A stretch of 55,709 nucleotides of DNA. Source: Atractiella rhizophila (Eukaryota). A program made the position numbers and the translations under genes. Under the pieces are notes generated by a model. The model was not told the DNA's origin. It saw nothing but the letters and a program-made list of their open reading frames with translations, and ran no database searches. Below are positions 1 through 13,224 of the stretch, piece after piece. The stretch's first letter is position 1, and every line of letters begins with the position of its first letter. Location: positions 26,331 to 82,039 of the forward strand of contig MU271364.1 of the NCBI GenBank assembly GCA_021432655.1, written 5' to 3'.

Positions 1-1184
1 TCAAACTCGTTTTGACATTGACGACTATAGCACTCTTCACGAGATCAAGCGACGATTTGCTCCAGTAATCAAGAATGGGGACGAGAGTCTTATTCCTGCG
101 GATGTGAGAGGTAGAATCTTCCGTTATGCGGTGCGTTATGGAGGTGAGGTATCACAACTAGTGTGCAGTCTTCTGCTGATGGTTCTCAAGGCAAAACCGA
201 ATTTGATACCATGAAGAAGATATTCGACAAGCCTCCGACGTCTCAGCATCGAGAAGAGGTTTGGAGATCCTGCCTCAGTTCACTTCCGCTGATTGTATAT
301 ACAGGCTCTCAGCGCTCTGGGGCAAACCGAGGACTCTGAGTCGCTGGAGAAATTTTTCGACATGATATCGGATCCAGCCTCCGTTTCTGACAACGTAAGC
401 ATGTCATCCAGCGTCAAGCCGTCTCATCAGCTTCTCCCACCAGGAGCTTCAAATAGGCACAGGTCCTACGGTCCTGAATATAACTGCTCGTCGCCCAATG
501 TGGAAGTGGATGAAAGACAATTACGATAGTATTAACAAGAGGCTTGGAGCGACCTGGTCGATTGGATTTATCATTCGTGATTGTGTGAGAGGGTGCGTCA
601 ATCTATTCGTCTTCTACGGCCTACCCACAAAAAGCGTCAGGTTCACAGCGGAGAGTGACGCGCAGGAAGTGGAGGCCTTCTTCGAGGACAAAGAGTAAGC
701 CCTCCGTTACTTCTGTGGCATACTGATTAATTTTGCGAAAAGTACCTCAATGTACAAGAAATCCTTAGACCAAGTGTGTTCTTCTGTAACGATGTGTAGT
801 AATTATCATTCGTGATTGTGTGAGAGGGTGCGTCAATCTATTCGTCTTCTACGGCCTACCCACAAAAAGCGTCAGGTTCACAGCGGAGAGTGACGCGCAG
901 GAAGTGGAGGCCTTCTTCGAGGACAAAGAGTAAGCCCTCCGTTACTTCTGTGGCATACTGATTAATTTTGCGAAAAGTACCTCAATGTACAAGAAATCCT
1001 TAGACCAAGTGTGTTCTTCTGTAACGATGTGTAGTAATGCTGATATGGTATTCCTCAGGCTTTGGATACTATTCGCGCGCGTACTGCCTGGCTCAAACGA
1101 GATGCTGGCGATGTCGAAGAGTGGTTGAAGCATCATGGATTTTTGGATGCAAAAATTGGTGATAAGGACCTTCATTTAGAATAG
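1..1184 (+). CDS. M1-family (puromycin-sensitive/Ape2-like) aminopeptidase, 3' part; multi-exon, begins before the window
   Basis: Spliced translation gives the ERAP1-like C-terminal region: ALSALGQ..., MWKWMKDNYDSINKRL, FTAESDAQEVEAFFEDKDTSMYKKSLDQ|ALDTIRARTAWLKRDAGDVEEWLKHHG. Stop TAG at 1182-1184. Interrupted by the 235-bp duplication. Confidence 0.85.
568..1038. repeat. Perfect tandem duplication, period 235 bp (568-803 / 803-1038)
   Basis: Identical sequence at an offset of 235 (e.g. gaagtggagg at 666 and 901); 1-nt overlap at the junction. Confidence 0.97.
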
Positions 1185-1427
1185 GGACATGCGAAGCGCT
1201 CAGAGCTACACAAGGAACAGGCAGTGGTATGATGGGAAGTGGACATGTAGGAGGTTTGTACTTGTAAATTGATGTCGAATATTGCACAGTCACGTGTGTG
1301 GTGAGTTTCGGAACCTAATGAAAACAGTACAACGTGTCGAAAGGCTGCGTGCTGAAAGCAGAGCGAGGTGCAGAGCAGGAGGAAGTTTGAACTGAAGTAA
1401 TTTACGGTATACAGTTATTGCAACAGG

Positions 1428-1797
1428 ATGGTGAGTTATTTCCTCCCTACGGAAATCCGATTGCTGATGGTAGCCACAGTCTAGCATTGAGCTTCGTGAG
1501 TGCATGGCCTTGCCGAGAACTCACCTAACTTTCAGCAGGAAAACGCAGTGAGCGCTATGAGAAAGCCATAAGGAAGGGGGAACATGCCAATTTACCATCG
1601 AGACGCGAAGTGGCACAGAAGAGCAAGACTCCAGTCCCAAAGTGGCTCGTCGGTGTGTTCCTTTTTGTAGTTGTAGGAGGAGGTGAGTTTGCGGTTCAAA
1701 TCAAGCCTGAAGGGGTTGTGTGGACAAGCTGTGCGAAAGAACTGACTGGTGCTTTGATGGCGCAGTATTTTTCGAGCTCATTCGCTTATTCCTATAA
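1428..1797 (+). CDS. SERP1: SERP1/RAMP4 (Ysy6-like) ER tail-anchored stress protein, ~65 aa, 4 coding exons
   Basis: M|SSIELR|KRSERYEKAIRKG...KSKTPVPKWLVGVFLFVVVGG|VFFELIRLFL*. The C-terminal TM (FLFVVVGG..FELIR) is typical of RAMP4. GT-AG introns keep the frame. Confidence 0.88.
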
Positions 1798-1864
1798 TAT
1801 CTCGAAGTCTACTTCCCGTGTCCCCGTGTACACGCATACCATTCGTTCAGCTCCTGCTAATATT

Positions 1865-2641
1865 TCATTGCTCGCAACACCCAAAGCAGTCCACAACGAG
1901 TCGATCACAATTCGTTTCATCCCATCGTTCGCGAAAGGAAGCCAGCGCCGCCCTACAGGTGAAGCTGTTGAGGACATTCCTCCTAGTCATCAGTCGTTTG
2001 GGTGACCGGAGCAAGCGTGACATTCGGAATGCCATTGCATCGGATATCGTTTTCGGCTGGCAACTTTCCTTCACACAATCCCATGATGGCGCGAAACACG
2101 CACCAGAATGAATATTCTTGATGTCGTGCAGCAGCTGTACGGAGTTCTGCTCCTCTTGATCCATGATCCTCTTGACCGCTCTTAACTCTTTGGTGAGGAA
2201 TGCCTGATCTCATCTCAACCCGTGTCGCCTTAGCATGAAGGACTAACCTGAATGTTGCTCATCAACCTCTCAAGCTCTTCTGAGAAAATTTGCTGCTCCT
2301 TTTCGCAAGACTTGTACTTCTCAATGAAGCTTTTCGTTCTCACAGCCCTCATGTTGACTGTGAGGAAAATGAGGAACTTATAATGTAAGGCCTACACTTC
2401 GGTTTTATGATCTTTAACCGCGTCCTCAAACTTTCGCAACCATTCCACACGTAGATCTTGAGCATCCGCCGTGACAGCTCTCTGTTTCGCCTTGACTCGC
2501 TTCTGCTGTTTGGACTACTCGCTCGAGGAAACTATGAGGAGCAGGGCCATGGAAATATGAAGAGCCTGCCTTGAGAGCTGCCATCAGCTTCAGCATATCT
2601 TCTCCAGTAGACTCCTGAGAGGAAGAGCGCATAGCGTCCAT
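1865..2641 (-). CDS. Hypothetical coiled-coil protein; exon structure uncertain
   Basis: Segments GEDMLKLMAALK, SKQQKRVKAKQRAV...RKFEDAVKDHKTE and FIEKYKSCEKEQQIFSEELERLMSNIQ|AFLTKELRAVKRIMDQEEQ. Needs a GC donor and the phase is not fully resolved. Confidence 0.45.
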
Positions 2642-2836
2642 TTTGGTGATTAACCGTCCTGTTCCCACATATTCCAGGTAAGTCTGCCAAAAACGACCAC
2701 TGCTTGGTGTTCGTGACGTTCGTTCCGCGTTGGTCTGCCGTACGCGCAAGTTTCCTCTTGCTGTTCTCTGCTTGCCTCCATCTTTTGTGTTTGAGTTTGG
2801 GTGTTTCACTCAGCGTGAAACGGAAACGTATTTATA

Positions 2837-4638
<1,802 letters not shown>

Positions 4639-4976
4639 GGTATTATGGATTTCTGAGTGATGGAGTCCGTCAGATTTGGTTGCAGCCTCACGTTTATGTC
4701 CATTAGTGTGCAATGCGAACTCAAGTATGATCGATCTAGCTGTTCCTCAAAGAATTATTGGAAATGGTCAATAGATATGTGAATAAGCTATTCTGGTGTA
4801 AATGTTATCATTATCGACTTTTTCCAAAGGCAGGCGGTCTAAAAATGAATATCAATTACTCCTGAGTTAAGGTTCCGGATTATTGGCTCCGCTTTTAGAC
4901 AACACATTACATCGCTCCTCTGCAGGCTTTCCTCCAAAGGCATCGAGTTCCAAAACTAGTTGGGATCACCCTTCAG

Positions 4977-6966
4977 ATGGAAGTTGGAGCTTCCGGCTCC
5001 CAGTCCAGCCTTTCTGACCCTTCCGATCTCGAAGCCACTCTCCCCGTTGCAGGAAACGTGACCGAAAACGACCAAGATCAAAGAGGACTTGTGGACGTTT
5101 CAGCAGTCAAAAGTGGTGGGGATCAGTCTAAAACCCCAGGGGCAAGACGTGATTTTCAGCCTACGGAGGCAGAACTCGAGAAGGAGGAAGGTTCGTATTC
5201 TGCATTATTTCTTTATATGAATGGGGTCGGATGATTCTTCTTTGGTATTAATCTGATGGCAATTTCATCATTGTGTTTTGTCTTAGCTTTCTATAAAAAC
5301 TTACTTCCTCCGTCTACCGTCATTCGCTTGACGACGGTACAAAGTCGACTTGAGGCGTGCCAGCGTTTTGAAACACTTAATCCTATTTCAGACGGCGAGA
5401 AAAAGGTTCCCACCTCTCAACCGACGAACGAGACTGAGATTCTCGGCAGAAACAGTCGAAGAAGTGGCAAAGAGGTGCAGTTTTCCCTTGTTGGTTTGCC
5501 TTTCGGAGCCGAAGCTAATTTGGAGGGCCAGTCTGAGCTCTCCCGTGACCACTTTGTGCAACTTCACAAGGCGCCTGAGCAAAGAGAGAAACAGGCGAAA
5601 AAATTCGAACTCGAGCGACTTCGACAAGAACGCAACAAATTAAAATCCGATTACGACAAGCTCATCAACCCTCACGTCGCCGAAAGAACTATCAAGTCTA
5701 TCATTGGTAGAAACGAACCGAAAGAAGGAGAATCTAAGGAGTCGAAGGAAGAGCTGGACAAGCGGAAGGCGACTGCTCTACTGGAAATCAGGGAGACATT
5801 GAAGCGGTAAGGTTTCCTTCCGACCTGCGCATGAGGTGGCAGTGCACTCACGTGATTTGCGGGATCAAAAAGGTACGAGGATATATTGACTCGGTCCAAG
5901 AAATCCTCTTCTGCCTCCACCATGGCTGACTCTCAGCCTCGTACTGCCACTCCTCCCATAGATGTTTCTACTACCCAAGGTAGTGGACGACGCAAAAGGG
6001 AATCGGCAGTTGCAGCAAGACAGTCTATGACCACATCTTATTCTGGCAGGTCAGTCTCACATCGCGCTCCGTTCAGTCACTCAATTTTGCATTAGGAAGA
6101 AGAAAATTAGCAAATCGACCCCAGTGAGTGGTGATGATGACGAGTTGGACGAACTCTCGAACCCACAAGACGAAGACGAACGTCCAAAAAAGAAGGTCAA
6201 AAGTTCTCCTTCCATCGATGAATCCTATCGCAGGTATTCTGAAATCGATGCCAGCGTAGTTCTGGAACGCCCATACTACCAAACTCAGGCACCGCCTCCG
6301 ATTCCCCCTCAGCAACAACGTCAAGTTGGGATCCCGGTTCATGTCCCCGCGGGACCCTATCCTCCAGGGATGATTCCTGCACACTACTACGCTCCTACTA
6401 GAGCCAGTTCCTCTGCAAACCAATCCGCTTACGCGTGGGGCACAAAGCTTCCCGACTTCCATGATATTCGACGCGAGTTCGAGTTGGATCCTTGGACGCC
6501 AGAGTTTAGACAGGTCTACTACCTCTATGGTCAAGAAAACGTCACCCTTCGCAAGTTATTAAACGATAGGAAGAAGTATCTGATGAAGCAAGCGGAAAGA
6601 AATGGCAGTCTTCTTCCTGTCTCTGCGAAGATAAGGGAGGTAGCCGAACTCATTGCTCCCTCAGATCAGAAGGTCGGCAATGGATTCACGATGTATCCTC
6701 TGCCAACTTTTCATCCATTTGTTCCTCCCACCGGACCAATCCATCCGAGCAGTCGCAACTGGTTTCCGATCCCTGAGGATGCTAGGATCACCAAACCCTT
6801 TCCACAAAGAAACGGCTCGGCTGCCAGGGCAGCTACGTCGACTCAAGCTAGTGGCAATGGTCGGATCCCAATGCACACGATGTACAGCTTTGGCCCTTCG
6901 AAGGATAGCTTGGACATGACGAGGGAAATTGATTTACAAGAGTTGGATCAAATGGAGTTCGTTTAG
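4977..6966 (+). CDS. Hypothetical protein (coiled-coil plus acidic and Pro-rich regions, NLS-like RPKKKVK), about 4 exons
   Basis: Consecutive + ORFs (4977, 5256, 5886, 6124) can be joined by short GT-AG introns; no family recognised. Confidence 0.65.
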
Positions 6967-7279
6967 TGTCTAACACCCGCGTTCTCCGTTCGATCAGCTT
7001 GTTTTAATCCATGGTTTGACGTTTCTCTGTCAATTTACTTCTGACACCGTTTTGTCTATTTCTCACGTCTTTGGGTCGAATATTTGGTTTCGCTTCGTCC
7101 GCTAAACATGGCGGCTCAGATTTTGTTGCATTTAGTTGTTAACTTCGACTTCGATCATACTGATCGTTCAAACGTTAATTGAGCTGGAAAGTAAAGGATG
7201 TATTGTCTCAGCTCATGAACTTGAATGAAATGTATGCCAACCATGATTACATGTTGGAGAGGGCAGGAATTAGATAATA

Positions 7280-9589
7280 TTACGTCTTGCGAGTACTTTT
7301 CGGCTTTGGAGTATGCTGCGTGATAAAATCCCTAATCTCAGCGAATAACTTCTCCTTCTGCTCCAAGGTCATGCTGGCGTTCAGCCCCAAAGCTTGCTCT
7401 GCCGTCTTGAGTGGATCGTTGGTGAAATCGAGGCCAGTATGTGACGAAGATACTTCTGAGGATTGCGATGGACCTTTGGGAATGATTTGGTGCACAGGGA
7501 ATAAATAATCGGTATAGTTGTTCGAGACAGGTTTTGATTTTGAAGAATCGGCAGGTGTAACCGATTTCGAAGGCTTAACAGGGACAGCAGACGGGTTAAC
7601 GTGGGACCCGAAGGCAAAATCACTGGGCTTCGGCTGACGAGCATAGAACATCCTGGGGTCTTCGACAAAGGGAATGGTGCGTGCTCGCTTCAAAAGTCCA
7701 TGGACCTCCTCGATCTGTTTATCTTCTTCCTCGGGTGTGGAGACTCTAGTAGATTGGAAGAGGCGCTCCTGAAGAGCGTTGGGAATGTCTGACGGATGGA
7801 CTCCGTTTCGGAAGAGGGTCTTAATCGTGTCTAACTCTTCGGGATCCAGTAAAGCTTCTATCTTCTTAAAGGAATCCTCTGTGAGAGGTTGACGAATGAT
7901 TTCGGAAATTTCGCGGAAGGGGCCGGGGGCTAAACCTTTCCCTGCCCTCTGCTTCGCAAACTTTTCTTCTTGCTTCTGAAGATTGACCCAAGCGAGGGCG
8001 GTTTCTTGAAGGTTTGAGTGATTCTTGTCCATCCTTTCCAGCAATTTCCCCATTCCACCCCACTGCTTCAGCTCATCGATCAACTTCGCTGAAGTCTCAA
8101 CCGCCTTCACCAACTCGGAATCGTCACTCTTCGCGGCAAACTCCTGTGTCTGTTTCAGGAAATCGTCGAGATATGTGTTTTCGTTTTGAATCAAATCCTT
8201 TAGATCCAACGGAGTATTGATCTCCTTCAGAAGGTCCTGCGGTATTGTGCCTGGAGGTAGCCCAAAAAGAGCGTCATTGATATTCGAGGAGAATGGGAAA
8301 GGGCCACTCGAAGGGCTGTTCTCAAAGATACGCTGTGATGACTCAGTAGCGGTATCTGAAATGAATTCATCCTCCTTCCGCGTCCCAGAGCCTTCCGAGG
8401 ACACATTGTCAACGGGAGTAGCCATCTTCTGAGAAGCAGAAGATGCAGATGGGTGGCTTGTGGGCGACTGAGCCTCAGCGCTGCCGATCGAAGTAGGGGC
8501 TCCAGATGAGTCTGCTGAAGGATCTGATACCGGGGAAGTGCCAACGGTGACCGGATCCATGGGAGTGCTCGTTGGAACATCGACTGGGGACAAAATCGTT
8601 TTGTCTACCCGTAAGGCATCCGCGGGCAGATCTGGGACTGCGTCACCCACTGTCACCGACTCCATGGAAGGTGGTGTCGGAGTATTGGCTTCGACAATAG
8701 GAGGAGTTGCCTCTCCGCCAGAAAGCGGTTCAGCAGCCAAAGTGGCGTTTGCAGTCGAGGTCGCTTCGACAGGAGCAGGAGCTACGTTGGTTTGGGTGGG
8801 AGGAGGAGCAACCTTTGACGGCCGGCCACGTTTCTTCTTTGGCTCGACCTCCTCGTCCTTAACTCGGTCTGCCGAAGATTGGGTAGAATAGTTCCTTCTA
8901 CCATTCGAGGGACCAGAAGATTCGTTACGCAGACCCATGAGCCCCATAGGCAAACTTGACTGCTTTGGACGGGGTGGTGGAGTATCTGCGTCTGGTCGTT
9001 GCACGGGACGGGTGATTCCTGAAGGGAAGTCTAGGCGACCAACGCGGCCTCGATTATCACGATGGAACTTTCGTGGTGCTGTCGAAAAGCCAGCTTTTCT
9101 TTTCTCTTGGAAACTAGGGCGAGATCCCTCCGGCAAAGATGTTGGCCTCTCCCCTTGCGACTCGGCGTTCACGGTTTCTGACTGCAATGACGATCCCTCT
9201 CCGTCAGCGCCACCGTTTCCGTGTCTTCGCTTCTCCCGCTCAAGAACTCTCTCCACTCTCCGTTTCCGCTCCTCTGACACCGAGATACTAATCGGATGGT
9301 CCTTAACACCTTCAAAGCTCCGAATCTCAACATCATCGCCATAGAGCCGCGTCCGGTCCACGACTTGCAACCAGTTCGTGGAGCCCATATGCTTTCGTAT
9401 ACGGCCTACAGAGACAGCAGTTTGGTACTTCTGATGCACCTCTGCAGTGTTTGTTGGGCGGTGACGCTTCCATTGAGCGACATGAGGGTCCTGTGAGAGA
9501 GTGGAGGTAGAGGCAGAGGTGGATTGAAGTCGGCGTAAGGGGAGAAGGCGGGATGGGTAACTACGTGGACGAAGGGAATGACGCAACAT
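7280..9589 (-). CDS. 769-aa orphan protein with a predicted mitochondrial presequence; CDS has no introns
   Basis: 2.3-kb uninterrupted ORF; the N-terminus MLRHSLRPRSYPSRLLPLRRLQST is Arg/Ser/Leu-rich with no acidic residues. Confidence 0.85.
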   Translation of the reverse strand: MLRHSLRPRSYPSRLLPLRRLQSTSASTSTLSQDPHVAQWKRHRPTNTAEVHQKYQTAVSVGRIRKHMGSTNWLQVVDRTRLYGDDVEIRSFEGVKDHPISISVSEERKRRVERVLEREKRRHGNGGADGEGSSLQSETVNAESQGERPTSLPEGSRPSFQEKRKAGFSTAPRKFHRDNRGRVGRLDFPSGITRPVQRPDADTPPPRPKQSSLPMGLMGLRNESSGPSNGRRNYSTQSSADRVKDEEVEPKKKRGRPSKVAPPPTQTNVAPAPVEATSTANATLAAEPLSGGEATPPIVEANTPTPPSMESVTVGDAVPDLPADALRVDKTILSPVDVPTSTPMDPVTVGTSPVSDPSADSSGAPTSIGSAEAQSPTSHPSASSASQKMATPVDNVSSEGSGTRKEDEFISDTATESSQRIFENSPSSGPFPFSSNINDALFGLPPGTIPQDLLKEINTPLDLKDLIQNENTYLDDFLKQTQEFAAKSDDSELVKAVETSAKLIDELKQWGGMGKLLERMDKNHSNLQETALAWVNLQKQEEKFAKQRAGKGLAPGPFREISEIIRQPLTEDSFKKIEALLDPEELDTIKTLFRNGVHPSDIPNALQERLFQSTRVSTPEEEDKQIEEVHGLLKRARTIPFVEDPRMFYARQPKPSDFAFGSHVNPSAVPVKPSKSVTPADSSKSKPVSNNYTDYLFPVHQIIPKGPSQSSEVSSSHTGLDFTNDPLKTAEQALGLNASMTLEQKEKLFAEIRDFITQHTPKPKSTRKT

Positions 9590-10309
9590 GAAATCTGCTC
9601 ATAAACACAGGTCTTAGCGCGCCAACCACTTCGCAGTTGGGGACAACAGCTCTAACTCAGAGTCCGTCGCAAGCACCGATTCCTTGGAGAGAATAACGCA
9701 CCGAAATCAAGACCAGAATTAAAAAGAATATCCTCAAACAAGCGAGCAGTCCTGAGTTCACCTTGCGGCTCTAATTCACTAGTTCTTCCAACTTCACTCT
9801 TGCCTGGTATAATTTTTGTGAGGGAGAGGAGGGCGGAAATTCGGAAGCGTCGTCAGGCCTGTGAGCATTTGCATTTATTTTATTTGGGTCACCTTCCTTT
9901 CACCAGACTGGTCTGACCCGCTATGAAGCGACCGGCACCCATGGGACGAAAGAAGTTGTTTTTAGCATGTTGATAGTTATCGGTGATGAGGGAAGATGGA
10001 AGTGCCCGATTGACACATTTGCATAGCTTTGACAGGTTTAGTATTAGCCAATAAATTGTAAAAGGTGAGTATCTCTGCTGTTAATTTAAAAAATAAGTAG
10101 TAGAAGTTTACTCTTAGCGAAGTGCGTATCAAAAACGACTGTGTTTCTCAAACATCAAAGCAAAACGTGAACCAGTTGCAGTACAAGAAGCCATTGCAAA
10201 CAGCTTGTCAAGGAAATGGAGACGTGTTTTCAAGGGAAGAATTAATCATGATGCGATGAATCTTACAGAGACAAGCTTTGCGTTTAAAATAACTGAGGAA
10301 ACCAATATT

Positions 10310-10860
10310 TTAAAGAATGTGAAGGCGAACCCTTTTCAGGCCGTTGCGAAGCTGAACGATATTTCTCGAAGTCCTCTTCTGCATCCTAGTTTTCTTGCTC
10401 TTCTTCAATGACCTTGATAGACGATGCTTCTTGTACTCGATAGTGCCATACCTTGCTCCACTGCTGGGGAAGGGAATGAGTTCTTGCTGCTCTTCTTCCT
10501 TGATTGTATAAGTGCTTTCGTGGGGATGGAGAGGATGACAGGCTGGTTGAAAGAGTCCTTTAACCTTGTACCTCACGTCTTGGGCAAGGGATTTGATTCG
10601 TTGTTCTCCGCGCCGTTCAGAGGAAGGGGAAGATACGTTCAAGGTGCTGGCGATGGATCGACGATGTTCCTTCTTCAGCGTCGACTGCGTGGAGGAAGTA
10701 AAGAGTGTTTCTTCGGTCGCGGGAGGAGGTACGATGAGAACTGATGCTCGCTTGACTTGGCTGTAATGCTCGAAGAGCGACGAACTTTGCGGGTTGGTGT
10801 CAGTACGGACGAAACAGAAGAAAGAGTAGATACGCACTTGGGGAGGGCAATTGTTGCCAT
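10310..10860 (-). CDS. Hypothetical basic protein, ~165 aa, 2 exons
   Basis: MATIALPN|SSLFEHYSQ... joined in frame across a gtgcgt...aag intron. Confidence 0.5.
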
Positions 10861-11620
10861 TGCGTGTAGCGCTCCCTCTTACCTCTGACCCTTAAGAGAG
10901 GCTGAGTGCATAGTTGAGCTGGGACTGGATAACAAGCTGTCAAGGCTCGAAGATATGCAGAGTTCGGGAAATCTAACGATCGAGAAATCAACTGTAATAA
11001 CCATGATTTGTTTGTGGCTGATTGCCATCCCCAAATTTGGTTCACTTGCCCTGATCTTCCAGTTTCTCAACATCCAAATACAACCCTGTTGCGTCGAGCG
11101 TATCTACTGTCAAAGCGTACTTACAGTAGGCCTCAGCTTAAGTTTCATGGACCAAATGGGATCAAGACAGAAATTGTATATCTCCATTACGAATACGTTT
11201 GAATTTCCTCCCTTTGTCCCCCTGTTGCTCTTGGAAATCTCGGGCGTACCTTGAAACCCTTGGCGGGTTTGTGCCCAACTCGAGATCTGGTTCTTTTTCA
11301 ACCGAAGAGGGCAACAAGAAGTTGTTGACTGGTTGGAAACGACTGGAATCAGTGGGAAGCATGCGCTCAGCTCCCATCTTCGCCCATTCCAATTCAAAGA
11401 GGACCTGCAATCGAGGAAAATCAGGAGTCTCTCTCCCCAGAACAGTGGGAAGCGATCAATGCAGCCATGTGGAGAAGCGTGAGAACAAGGGGAAGTGCAA
11501 AAAGTTTAAGCTCGGATCTGCAAATGATCGAACTTTACACTCAACTGTATCTTGTTGCAAAGTCTAATTTGTTGACTGTTGGAGGGAAGGAGAGAGGAGA
11601 ACAAGGGGGAGCATACGCCA

Positions 11621-11628
11621 TATAAATA
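11621..11628 (+). promoter_or_regulatory. TATA box upstream of the 11803 ORF
   Basis: TATAAATA about 180 nt upstream of the ATG, preceded by AGGGG (STRE-like) motifs. Confidence 0.5.
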
Positions 11629-11802
11629 CCATCGATCCGAGCGTTGTTCCTCCTCAATCTCCTTCACCCAAAAAAGCGCTCTAACACCCCAGCTTCATAA
11701 TATTAAATCACCTCCGTTGTTCCATACCAAGTAGAGGTTTGTCAATCACTCATACCTTTACGCAGAGTCTCACAGAGCATTGGATTAGCTAGATTTATCG
11801 CA

Positions 11803-12447
11803 ATGGCTACAGCACAAAGGCAACGACAGCCCCCGACGTACGATGAAAGTCAAGATTTCGAAGCTGGTCTTCTCGACGGCCCAGTACCAACACCATTCCC
11901 CAGCCTTTCCATTCGTGACGCCCACAACGCACAATCTTCCTCCACGACCGCCAGAGCACGGAAGCAGTCGAAGACGGCTCCTCCCATTCTTCCTCTCCAT
12001 CGTGGGTCCCTTCCCGGTTCGAGTGGTCGTACTTTGTCGAGTCCCTCAGCAAACCCCTCTTTCCTAGGTCAGAGGCAGAACGTCGGCATCCACTACGGTG
12101 CTGTCGAAGTTATGTCTACCGAAAATCTTCCTCGTTACTCCGACGAAGTCCTGGAAGCTCGCCTCGCCAATACCTCCAGCTCAGCTACCGAAAGGACATC
12201 TCTTCTTAAGAAGTCGGACGGCGTGTCCAACTCTTGCATGAAGAGGAGCCGAAACAGAGCGCCGACCGTCAGGGACTATTCAGTGGACGAGCTGATCAGA
12301 AGGGAAATGCTGTACGGTGACTCAAGGAGTGCGGCGGAACTGAGCAGGCTTTTGCACGAGCATGGAGAGGTTCGCATGCGCGCTGCTGCGGCGATGCTTC
12401 AAAAGGATCGTGACCTGGATCAAAACTTCTCTGCCATAGGCTTGTAA
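11803..12447 (+). CDS. Hypothetical 214-aa protein with PY motifs
   Basis: Single ORF with a good ATG and upstream TATA; contains PPTY, LPRY and ERTSLL. Confidence 0.7.
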   Translation: MATAQRQRQPPTYDESQDFEAGLLDGPVPTPFPSLSIRDAHNAQSSSTTARARKQSKTAPPILPLHRGSLPGSSGRTLSSPSANPSFLGQRQNVGIHYGAVEVMSTENLPRYSDEVLEARLANTSSSATERTSLLKKSDGVSNSCMKRSRNRAPTVRDYSVDELIRREMLYGDSRSAAELSRLLHEHGEVRMRAAAAMLQKDRDLDQNFSAIGL

Positions 12448-13224
12448 TTGCCCTGCTATACTAAATAGGTATGTTCTCGTTCAGTATATTACAGGAACTG
12501 GGATTGATGTGTGCCACAGTAGTCTTTCTGTCGCTGTGTTATTCTCCCTTTCAACCACCATCACAACCGTTACCTCCATCGTCCTGACAAGTTTGCGTCA
12601 CCATAACACCACGCTTCAACTACACCCGTCTTATTACTCGCCCGGTTGCATTGCAATTCTCTCAACCTTCAAGCTTGAATTCGTTTCTTCAAGCTCTTTC
12701 TTCTTGCTCCCAAAGTTTCCATCAAATCAATGTCACTTCTATCTTCAAAGTTTTCTGCTCTCCATCTCCGACACAGTTGGTAGTGGTTCAATGTCTGAAG
12801 TAGCTGTCTGCGTCTTCGCTTCCTGTTCTCTGTATATCTGGGTTTCTCACTTAAAATTCCAACAACTCCAGCTGTGAAAGGTTCTTTATCCTTCAATCCG
12901 TTCTTCGCCTGTCTATTTTAATGGTTCTTCTGAATTGGAATGCACTTAAATTCGTTCATATTGCGATCTCCATTCTCCGCTTGAGCATTCACAAGCAGAG
13001 TGTTGTTGTCACATCTTGTCAATACCACCATTCTTCCTGTGCTCTCGACACGTGCAATGATGAATTGGCACGACTCAACTTGTGTACCTAGCCCATCCAT
13101 TCTTCAAGACTGCTTCGAACTCCAGTGACGCCAGAGTAACTTTCACAGTTTCATTGATACAACAGGACTTATTATCTTGGACACCTTTGTACTTTTTCCT
13201 ACTCCCTTAGAACACAGAACGCCT

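Noticed and set aside
1146..1184. AKI near the aminopeptidase C-terminus as a cryptic PTS1
   Set aside because: It is not terminal, and no splice or readthrough route places a stop directly after it.
9780..9960. Sm-site-like AATTTTTG and nearby small hairpins with CTGA...GAAA (snRNA or hammerhead ribozyme?)
   Set aside because: No U1/U2/U4/U5 signature sequences, and the hammerhead core CUGANGA is absent.
12509..13100. Hydrophobic ORFs downstream of the 11803 gene
   Set aside because: Pyrimidine-rich 3' UTR-like sequence; I found no in-frame splice to the upstream ORF.
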